The translations under genes were made by a program, and so were the position numbers. The notes beneath the pieces are model-generated. The model was not told where the DNA came from, ran no database searches, and saw only the letters and a program-made list of their open reading frames with translations. A stretch of 64,000 nucleotides of DNA from Ascidiella aspersa (lineage: Eukaryota), in the NCBI GenBank assembly GCA_963924565.1, contig OZ004610.1:7688001-7752000 (forward strand). The letters run 5' to 3'. Below are positions 14,201-25,700 of this stretch, piece by piece (position 1 is the first letter of the stretch; every line of letters begins with the position of its first letter).

Positions 14201-15638
14201 ACCTGGGCGATTTTGCGCCCGAGCGCGCACGCTTCTTGACAGATTTGCCCGATTTTAGGGGGTTAGGAGGGTGCTTTGTGTCAGGGCCGCTGGAAATGGC
14301 AAGAACCGGCAATAAGTAAAAAAAAGATTCGAGGTACTTTTTGGCGTTGCTGTACTTATCATAGAGGAAACGGTGTCGGCTTATCGTTGCCTGGCGCGCA
14401 AAGTGTTCCGGGAGAAAAATGTTAACCTTTATGTGATGTCTGAAGCGTCTGCCGCGTTTTGCTACGTTATAGAATGGATGGACGGCGGTTCATTGGCCGG
14501 AAAAACAACCGCATCGCGTCGTTTTTTTATTGGTGCGGATTTGTGACGCGTTGCCGAGTGGTTCATTATTGGCTTTGCAAGAATTTACGGGTTTACGTCT
14601 TTCCAGCATCTTTTAAGGTAATTTTCTACTTTTTTGTTTTTAAAGGAACAACAGGATAGAATAAAATTAGGATGAATGTATTAAATGTTACGTTGTTTGT
14701 CGGTAACTGTTCAAACGTCTATTGCAAATTAGCGGTGAGGACAAAACAACTTAACGCACCAAAGCAGGTGCAACGGCTTTGCTGAACGGTATTTTAAATA
14801 TTTGTATCAAAAATAAGATAAAAAACGTCTGAAAGCAATATTCTTTTTTTCTTCGGTGATGTTTAAAGCTTACAAAATAGAGAATAGGTCGAGCTTAGTT
14901 TTGCGCTAGAAATTGTTATTGTATTTTCGGCGCTAAAATGTGTTTTCGATTTATTTGATTTAAAAAATGACATCGGGATCTTTTGTCTTTTTTTCCGCCC
15001 AAGATGTTCTTCTGAGGCCTGAAATTAAAACGAATACAAAAATATCTAAAACGCCGATTCAGCTTCAGAACTGTTAAAAATGACAGCGATTTGAAGATTG
15101 AGCGACAGCGTTTGATGGCTTATTCGAACTTTAAGCGATGTAATTCCTCAAAGATTAAAATGTAAAGCCGTAACGTTTTATTATAATGTGCAAGAAGGCG
15201 ACATACAGGTTTAGACGCTTCAAAATCGTTGACATGTACTACACCGCAACACACAGCTTAGCCTGTCTTTATGTAAAGTGAAAATAAAGTCCGGCGGAAA
15301 CGTCGTGTGTGTATGTTGATAGCGGCGCGAAACGGACAAAGGTAACAGCAATTATTGGCTACAAGCGACAACATGAGATAAAGAAACGGTCGCATCAGTA
15401 CTGTTTAGTCTAAAACCTGTCAAACTTTAGCGCTTTGCGGGCACCCTCCGATATACTTGATCGTACCTTATTGCTTATTAAATTTGGAGCGCGATTTGCT
15501 CAGTTTTTGTTGGTCGCCGCCATAGGGTCAATCAGGGTGATAAAACGTTTACCCGTGGTGTCAAAAAAACTAACAAAAACTGTGACAGGTCTAAGCCACG
15601 AATTCAGTGATCGGACCGTTTCTTAAGTGTCTATAAAC

Positions 15639-16133
15639 CAGTGTTGTAAACAGGACCACTTCAGCAAGGCTGTATCGCAATATATTCCCGTGTGAAGACA
15701 TGTGTATTAACTGGCTTAAATGTAAACAAGTCATTTAAATGGCATAAGTTCAAGTCAGGTCATTTTCCATCAATGGCCATTCAAGTCCAAGTTTATATAA
15801 TTACTTATTGAAGTCAAGTTCCGTCAAGGTCATTTGCCATAGCAAGTCCAGAATCAACTATAAATATTAAAGTTTTGAAATTGGCAAACGAATTTTATTT
15901 CGAGACTTTCTTTGCAATAATAAACCTTCAAAGCAAAACAAACACCAAGAAAACTGTTTTAAACGTAAATCTGTTGGAGTAAACAACGATTTTTTACCGA
16001 ATATGCATTAATTTGCGACAACAATTGAAGTCGTCAAGTCATTTAAAAAATATGGCTTAAGAGAAAAAAAACTTCAAGTCATTTAAAAATAATGGCTTAA
16101 GAGCATTTTTTAAGTCAAGTCATTGCAACACGG
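15639..16133. mobile_element. AAGTC-repeat hAT-like MITE
   Basis: CAGTGTTGTAA ... TTGCAACACGG termini and multiple AAGTCAAGTC motifs; reverse-oriented relative at 62724-63067. Confidence 0.6.
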
Positions 16134-19100
16134 TTTTACGTAAAGCGATGTAAGTGACTCGAAAAAACCTAGAACCGTTTTGTGGGCTGATAAATAATTG
16201 CGGCTTTCGAAACGAGTTAAGCGGATAAGCGTTTTACGCCCAAATTTGGGACGCATCTGCCAGCCAAGTTTACTGGCGATTCCGATTTTACATTTTTTCG
16301 GAAAAATAGACTGGATGATTAAAGCGCAATTAATCGTAATCCGCTTTTGCGCGGGCCCGGAGCCCTGTGTACGATCGGATATTTACCGGGAGCCGCTGCA
16401 AGTGGTATTGGCGTTGCTTTAATCGGTTGGCTTCTTAGAATGGCGTCGGTTTAACCAGATTGACAAATGCCGATTGCTGGAGATCTTGCATTGGCTGTGA
16501 TGGTTTGTCGCAACATGGTGACGCACAATCCAAAAAAATCCGTTTTTGTTTTTCAGGCTGCTGTTCTTGAAAAACGACGGGGACTTAAAGCTCCTATGAG
16601 TGGCCACGTGTGTGGGCTGAGTTGTAAGAAAAATGTCGGAACCGAAGCGCCAATTATCGCATTATTGCAGCTCTCGCGTCAGAAGTGCCCAAAAGTAGCG
16701 GCCGCAATCTCAAAATCGTTTCTTTCGGTTCTTTTTAAGACATAATAACCGTGTCGCCAAAAAGATTTTAGTGCGAGTTTACAGTTAAAGTTTGATTAGT
16801 TAAGATGCTGTGTAAACCAGAAGCTAACAGTACCTGTATAAGAACGGGAGTCTGTTATTGCGAAGGCCAAGTTAGGTAGCCCGGCTGTATTTACGCATTA
16901 TATTATATATAGTTTTACTTTGCGTTTTTGGACTTTAGAGAGCTTTAGACAAAAAATAATTATTATCAAAAGTTGTAAAACATCCATCGATATTAAACGT
17001 ACACACAGTCAGAAATGAAAGGTTATGAAAAAGGTAGGAAATTTTAGAAGGTCCTTTGATAATATTTTTGCCAGTAATTTGTCAAAATGTGTTGATTGCG
17101 CTGCAGTTCAGGTCCAACGTTAATTGTTTCTTATACTGTCCGACCGAATTCGCTGCCCTTAAACTATATGCACCGTAGGACATTATATTGTGCCTTGGAG
17201 AGATTCTCCAGTGTGCCACGAAACATTTTTAATTTAAAATAAATAGCTAATTCGACAAACAACAAGCCATACAGGTAAGCTTGCGAGAATCTAAGGATTA
17301 TACTGTTTACTTGATGACCGATATAATGCTCTAATATTTACTTGTTGCCTTGATGTGCATATTAAAGTTAAAGTTCTAATTGCACAGGATTTTCAAATAC
17401 TGATTGATTGTGTGCCGTGTTTTTATTTTAAGGCATCGTAACCTCGAAAACTTTGAAAGTAACTGTTTCAGACATACAAAATACTCTTCTATATTCATTA
17501 TCATCTACCCAGAAAAAGATTGAATCCTTACAATCGGCGCCTAATGACTTCGCGGGTTACAAAACATATAAATACATGCCGTAAACATTTTTCGGAAAAC
17601 ACGCTTTCAAACTTGACCGCCTTCGCCGAAAATAACATAATTCGGGCAAATCTAAGCGTTGGCGAAGGACGGTCATAACCGCGTCAGCAGCACTCTTTCA
17701 TTTTCTCGTTATACGAAAAGGTTTCAGCGATGTTCTGTAGGCGAATTCAAAAGCATAATACCTATATTAATCACGAATAATTGATACTAGCCTTCTTACG
17801 AATAAAATACGATTAGATTTAAATTAATTAAAGGTAATTCAGGTTCACGTGTTGGTTTAATGTCTATAGTTTCAGTGAATTTGGTAGTTCTACTTCGAAC
17901 TAATTTGTTCCTAACTGAAGGACACCAATTTTAATTTATTTTTAATTAGAAAAAGCCAATAAAATTACAGTTCTACAGGTCGGGGCAAACGATAGAGTTA
18001 CAGCATCAGCTTTAGCAGCAGCTGTATCGAGAGGCCGCTGCGTATATTGCCATAATAAACTTTCGAACGACGGGTAATGGCTCCGTGCAGCTGGCGCGGG
18101 TCAAAACCGCCACCCTTTAGCGATTAACTCGCTTCCCTTTCTTCGCACCTGTGCCGAGGCAAATGGGTTTCACGTCAATCTGGGGGTCACGTGCGTGGAG
18201 CCCCATAGGGTTCTCCGAGCGATCCCCAGTGGTGCTTGGGACTGGTGAGGGGCAAATTGCGCCAAGAGGAATTAACCCACTGGTGGTGGGTCCTGTATAC
18301 ATCGGCGGGGAAAAGCAATTTTCGCGGGTCAGCGGTTTTGCTGTGTGTACGGTATAGGCAAGCTGCTTCCCGGCAAAACGCAATTTTATATACATACACG
18401 CAAAACGCAAGGCAGATTACAGTATGTGGGCGTTTGCTGCCCTGAACCCCAGGTGTTTTCGCAACTCGCTAAGTGCGAAAATAAAACCAATTAGGAGGCG
18501 TTTAGTGTTGCGAATGATATTCGACGGCGGCCGGAGGAAAGAAAAAGTTTATTTAGAATACTAAGGGCCTGACATGGCCTTATTAAAACGCTGTGCTCGA
18601 ATTTGACGATTTATGTTTTATCGTTTAGTTTTGAAGTACAGAACCTTTTATTTATTTATTTTTGATGAATATCGAGTGCGTAGTTTATAAACCCCAAAAA
18701 GCTTTTGATCAGTTTCCCTTAGTTTTCGTATTACCAGGGTTTAGTAAAGTGTCATAAATAATGAAAAGCCCTTTTAGTGTAAACGCAGTTTGGGTTCGAC
18801 TTTTTTGCAGCAGATACCAGCTTTTCTCACAAGAGTAAATAAATAAATGAATCCATGAATAATTCACACTGTAATAATAATCTAGAGTCACTGGATAAAC
18901 GTGAAACTGATTTTCGAAGACACCATTTCGCTCAAATTATTTTTTTTTATATATATATATTCAAAATGGAGTGAACAAAAAAACAATTTGAAGGCCAGCC
19001 GCGCATTTTAGATAATGGGTCCATTTAATGTGGCAAAGCGTTAATATTACCCAACTCATAAAACTGTTAACACCTAAAAAAATGTTTGAAAACCACTTCT

Positions 19101-19282
19101 CTGGTGTCGACTGGTGTGGCTAAGTATTTACATGCCATCTGCATACGGTATGTAAATAGAACTTTGCAGGCCACAACAATTAACGATTTATCTTTCACGT
19201 TGGTAACGTCATTTTCTTTGTATTTCTCAGCATCCGTAATACCTAAAAAATTGTAATTTGTAATCGTTAATCGAACGCAACG

Positions 19283-19739
19283 ATGAATCGTCGAGCGAGC
19301 GAGAATCTGTTATCCCGGGACTTGTACGACTTCCGCGCCGCCGAAGGCCGCCGGGACTTTCCCTGGTTCCACCCGCGCCTCCCTGGCGCCGGCGCCGCTT
19401 CAAAGGAGTGCTCCCTGTCGCCTCCGGATCTTCCTTACTCCTCCTCTGAGGATGACTTGTCTCCCAAGGACTCGCCGAAAAAGTCCCCATCCTTTCGCAT
19501 CAGGGACATTTTGAGGGGCTTCGCAGACCCAAGGGAGCCCCGCTGCCCCTCGCCTGCAAGTGACGCGTACCCAAGCCCCCGTGATGACGTCAAGGACCCC
19601 CAGTGCCCCAGCTCGGAGGGCGAGCTGTGTAGCCCCACGACGCGGTTTGAAGATGATGCGGCTCCTAGAGGATTTTCTTCGGGTCTTCGATTTGGAGTCA
19701 GCGCCATATTGGCTTGCCCGTCGCTGCAGACCAAAAATG
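19283..19739 (+). CDS. Barx: Barx coding exon 1 (eh1/TN-type repressor motifs)
   Basis: GC-rich ORF from ATG 19283 with FRIRDIL and FGVSAIL motifs; donor AATG|GTGGGT, phase 1. Confidence 0.88.
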
Positions 19740-22700
19740 GTGGGTTCTGGATGTAGTTGTTGTTTTGGTGTTACAACCAGTTATCGTGCATATAAATTAT
19801 TGACTTGCCCGTCGCTACAGACCAAAAATGGTGGGCTTGTTGTTCTTTGGGTATTTTAACTGGGTAACATGATTTAAAATTATTGGCTTGTCCGTCGCTG
19901 CAGACCAAAAATGGTTGGATTCTTGTTGTTGTTGTTGCTATTGCTGTTCTGGTTACTCTTACGCAAGTTAGATAACCGCTGTGATTAACCTATCTTGATT
20001 TTGTTGGTGATCTATTTAAGGCAAACATCAATTTAAAAAAGTTTAAGTTTCTCATAGTCCTAAAACTTGGAATTCTATAAAAACTTGGAGCATCAAACAT
20101 ATAACTGTTATACCACGCCGTACAATTAAAACTTGCTAACTCGTTGTGGAAATAGAACGAATATTCAAACCCGTACAGAAGTGTCTAAACTACACAGCCA
20201 TCAACCGTGATAATCAAAAATTAATTATAAAAACTTCCACATGTATTTAGCATATATGACGCTTACTTCTATAACCGAAAGATTTTTTCCGCATTGCTTT
20301 TATTGTGCGCACTGTGAGTAAAGGTACACAAGTGGTGACAATGAGAAGCAGCAAATTATCGGCTAGAAATGCTCTAAATAGCGCAAGAATGAATAACGAA
20401 AATCGTTATTAAATAGAGCTATGATTAGGTGTAATGCGTCACCAAAAAATCGACAAAGAACACTTGGAAGGTGAACATGATCGAGACCTGAACATCACCG
20501 AGTGACAGGTTTTAGGAATTTACAGCGATTTACTGTCGCGATAATCCCATCCGACCGAGCGCTTTCAAGTCGAACGGGCGGCTCGCTAATCGGAACCGAG
20601 CGCATATACAAGGCGCAAATCTGCCTCGCAAATCTAAACACGTCAATTTGCCCGGGCGCGATATTAAAGCGTCGGATTAGCGCAAATTGCCTCGGCTTTG
20701 GCAGCGCTTTGATACCTCAAAAAAACGACGGCGTGTTGTGTCTAATGCGCAAGCACACATCAGCAGCGGTCCGTGTTATTAGCGCGTTTGCCTGGCGACG
20801 TCGCTTTGATGCGGATACCTGGATCACGATATGATCTTCGCCTTGCTCCGTTTCGATCCCCATCTTTCGTGGAGGACACGACTTGGCGGACAATTAGAGT
20901 TCCGGGGAAGTTTGTTTGTTGATGTTGCCTCTGCTGATGCATTGGAGCCTCGTGTTTACGTGCGTATATCGCAGCGCCTATCTCGCCCTGCACCCCCGGT
21001 TAAAGTTTTTTCGCAATGAAAACCAGCGGGGAAGCCGTTATCTCTCTTTGCAGTGACGTAACAGGTATAAGCGATCGCGGCGAGATTTTTATAGCACGTG
21101 TGCAAGCGAATATGTTGGCTTCACCACAAAATGCAAAGAGTCGCAATAGCGCCGAAACTTTTGCACGCTTTGCTGCTTAAAGGATCTATAGCTGTGAGTT
21201 TATTTATACGCTTGAGAATTTTTTTTTCTGAATTTAAAAAAGAAATATTTGTATTTTTTAATTATTTGACGTTGTTTTTTTGTTGAAATCCAACGTTTCT
21301 GTGCTAGTGGGGGTACTGGTTGAAATTAGTGAAATTGCCATAATTTTTGGATCTTTTAATTTCAATACCCTTAAATATGACGTGAACGCCTATTAACGAA
21401 AAAGCGGTAATCCAGGAAATACTACTAATATTATTTGGACTTCTTTGTCGCAAAGGGAAATATATTTCGCCAAAAAATCATATCACGTTTTTTAATTTGA
21501 GTGAATGAAAATTAAGACTTAGGAATGTCAACCCAACAGAAGGCCTATATTAGTCCGAACATCGCATTATAAATCCGCGTCACTAAATAGCAATGTCAAT
21601 AAACAGAAGGGCAGTTAAAATTGCTTTCCAAACAACAGCAGCACATCTTTTAAACCGTTGCAAGGCAAGCTCTAAATGCAATGGGCCGCACTGGAAATAA
21701 ACGGGAGCTGGAGTACGACCGCTTGCACCGCTATAAACAAACAGCGATAAGCGTACGATTAAGGCGCCTATGACGAGGTTGATCCGATCAAATTGCGGCG
21801 ATGGCGCTTCTATATATCGGCCGTTTGAAGCGACAGGCGAATTCTTATTTTGCGGCCGAACGACTGTTTTTCTTGCGGATTGCAATCTCGGTAATGAGAC
21901 TCTGATCGGTTCGATTGAGGCGCCCTGCTTACAGAAACAGATAACGGCTATCTCGCTTCGTTTTTTGGACTTGGCCGCTTTGAAAGTTTGCGCTTACCTT
22001 ATATGGGACGTACATATGGTGTTTACACTTAGAAAAAACAACAAATACTATGGGAGTTGTGCTTAGTACATGCATTATAATGCCGCGTTTAATTTAAACT
22101 GTTTAATTTAAAGCATGTTTGATTATCGGGCACAAGTCACCCTTACTATTCCTACACTGTGTTGCCTGATGTTTAAGTGATACCATTTTGTAAGAAGTTT
22201 AAGACACGTTTTTTCAAGCGATTGACTTTTTTATTTTTTTGCTGATGCCAAAGCTTTTACGTGGACAAATTTCATAGATAAAATTCAAGGAAATTATTTT
22301 AAAACAATAGTTTTTCTGTAGTTCCGTCTCAAAAAGTAAAACTTTGTTTTTCGATTTAGAACAAAAATATTTACTATTTAATTATAAGGTTTTAAACCTT
22401 TATCCGAAGTTCAGAAATTAATTTTTAATTAAAAAAAATAATCTAATAAAAAAAAACATAACGTAACGAAAAAGTATATAAAATCGTTAGGTTTTGATGT
22501 GAATATTTAAAAGTATATTTTTTACCTAAATCTTATGTTTAATCGTTTTTTGTCCCAAAATATATTTTTGTAATAATATAAAATATTTGTTAAACGAATG
22601 AGCAATATACTGGAAAGTATAAGCACCAACGTTAAAGGCAGTAATATTCAAACAGCATTGTTATTTTACCTTGATTTAAACTTTGTTTTTTTAGGCGATT

Positions 22701-25700
22701 TGCCACGCGATGAACGGCTGAACGACTCTAAGCAACGTAAGGCCATCAAGCGACAACACATCACTGTTGATGACGTCATGCACCCCTACGTCAGCGAGGC
22801 TCGACGCGAGTCGCACAGGTTGGAGACTGTTTTAAATGTGTCCTTTGCAATATTACACTACAATAAGGCGAGTAAAATGTTAAGGTATTGGGTTGATCCA
22901 TTGAACTGCTGTGAGGAATCGGCTTCTGGTGCTATTGCTTTGTTCTTAGTACCGTAAGTAATGAACTAGGTTTAAATATAGGGCTGTGATTTGGAAAGAG
23001 ACATGGCACAAAAATAATGCTTTGAAGGGTCATTTCAACGGGTTCTTACAGGGACGCGGGCACCAGGTCACAGCAATTCAGACTTGTGTAGCGCTTTGTG
23101 TAGCAGTACGACCATTATGCGACGTTATGCAGTTGTGAGGGGAAAAACAAAGAAATAAAACAAATTACATCAACCCCAAAACATATGTTGTTGTATTTTT
23201 TGCTTGTCGATCGCTGCTTCGCTGACGCGTATTTAACAAGTAAACACTTTTAATTATCGTCAGAACTGAAGAACTGTTGATGTCACTTATGCGTAACACT
23301 AATTCCTTTTCAACATAAACACAAGTTTCTGCAAATTTCGTTTTTTAAACTAGCAAAATCGAAGTCATTTCCAAACTTACTTTAGTGGAAGTCAAGGAAT
23401 TTGTCCGAAATATTCAAAATAAGTAAAGCACCCTCACCCAGAAGACTTAAGTCAAGTCAAGCCAATTTAAAAGCATTACCTTTAATCACTGGATAACACT
23501 GTGTATATGTTTTGTTCGTCAGCCACCATCAGCAGCAACAGCAGCAAAACAGCACCATCAGGTCGCCCGAGCCTAAGAGACTGCCTCCACCCGTCTCCAG
23601 CCCCAACAACAATAACAACAGCAGCAACAGCATCAGTAGCGAACAAATGGCCCGGCAAATCCAACTCCAGCTGGCCAGCAATCTACTCCTTCAGCAGCAA
23701 ATGGAGAGGGTTCCCTCGCCTAGCAATGGCGCATTGGGACGGTACGACCTTGCCTCCGTGGCAACAGGCCTGTACCCCGGCGCGTTTCCCACCGCGCTGG
23801 CCCGAGGGGGCGTCCCTACTTCACCTCAACAGATCGGAACCTATTGCCAGCAGGTTGGTTGATGACGTGTGATGACTGAACTGAACTAGGTTGAACTGAA
23901 CTTAGTCGGATCTAGTGGTTTTTAGGATGTTTTACGAACAAGTGAACTTACAGCAGTTAAAAATGTTAAAGCAGTGGTTTTCAACCGGTGCGCCGCGGCA
24001 CTACGGTTCCATTTTCAACGCTCAAGGGTGCCGAGATATATTTCAAATTTTTTAGGATTCGTATTTTTGCTCTATTGGTAAGCTTCTTAAAACAATTTTT
24101 TGTGTACGATAAAGTGCCAAAAATGAAACAGGTTTTTCAACCATGTTGCACAGTTAATCTGCTATGTCAATCTCATTTATTGTAACGTTACAGTTAACCA
24201 CTCAGCAAAAATACGAGGAAGGGTGTCGCGAACTATCTATAATTCCATGAGGTGCCCCCCAAAAAGGTGTCGAAACACTGTGTTAAGTTATAGGATAAAC
24301 ATCTGCAGTTTACTTTATTTTCAACTTTAAGTTTTATTTGTTTATTCACTTCACTGCGTCTGTGACCATTAGGTAGATACCAACTTCCAATGTTTTCACC
24401 CGTTTATTTAGGTATGTTTCCACAATAGAGCAAGCCTCCTATAATTGCCGATTTTATTTAAAGTTCTGGTTTAGTCTAAAAGATCAGCAGCTTTTCATTA
24501 AAATGTTTGCGAATGTTACGCAAAACATTAGGGAGGTAATAGAGGAGAAAACAGAGATATAACATTTGGTATTGATTGCCTACAACGCCTAAAAAGACGT
24601 ATGATACACATAAAGACGCATAACGAGAAAGAGAAAAAGAATCAGTTTTGAATCTCAGATTTCTGTAGGAGAGGAGGTTATGTAACTAGTTTTACTCGCG
24701 TTTCAAAAGTTATCGTTTTACATGTTGCCCGCGTGGAAGTCTTGTTTCAATTCGATTCTTACAAGATAGACGCTTTTTATTTGCACTCTACTCCTTTAAA
24801 CTGGAAGCGAATCTATTTTGGGAGCGGCCGCTGCAATTTACAAGGCCAGTTCAATAGCAATCGGCCCTATTTTTGTAAAGTAAACACGCCTTGATAATTA
24901 ACGCAGACTGGAAACTATTAATACAGCTATAAAAAAGCCAATTTGTAAAAAATACACCAGAAATTTTGTAAAAAGCTCAGTCGCATTTCGACTATAGACT
25001 ATCGTATACAAACATTGAGCGTGTTAGACTGTTGCTGGTTGGCCGAGCGATTACCTTGGGCGGAGTGTCTATATGGGCAATACACTTCGGGATTAGCCTA
25101 CATATTAAAGAGGTGTGCAGGAGTAAAGCAATTTATTCGTTTTAGCGAGACACAAGATGAGCGACGTATTATTGTAGAAAACAATTATCGGTACTTATTC
25201 ACGCGTGACAGATGATTTGTGTCAATAACATAAGTTTCCTTTTCTTATAGCTCCAAACATGACGATGAGTTTTACCAAAAAAAGGGCCTGTCGAAGGCTA
25301 TTAGTCTATATGACTGATACATCTACCTAAAACGCCTCAACGTTTATATTTTTAAAACCTGTTACATTTAAACTCTTTAGTGTCAGCAATAATGTAACGA
25401 AAAGAGGGTTAGAACTGCATAAACTTAACTTTTTTATAGAAGGCCACACTCGAAACTCGAAAAGCACAAAGACTTTAACAACCAGTCAAACTAGCGAGCC
25501 CCCAATACTCAGAATGTGGTCAAATTCCCCAGGAAGGCAGCCCTACGAACACACCACCAGCCCAATGGTGGAACCTACAGCAAGAACTAAAACTGAACTA
25601 TATGTGTTTAGCAATTCAACAACCAGAACGCCTTGCTTACGGCCGTTGCAGCGGCACAAATGGCCCAACAGCAGCAGGCAGCCCTGCATCAACACCCAGT

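Noticed and set aside
13866-14319. Overlapping 60-148-aa ORFs on both strands
   Set aside because: Explained by local GC richness; no domain and no consistent splice/phase chain. Treated as regulatory DNA.
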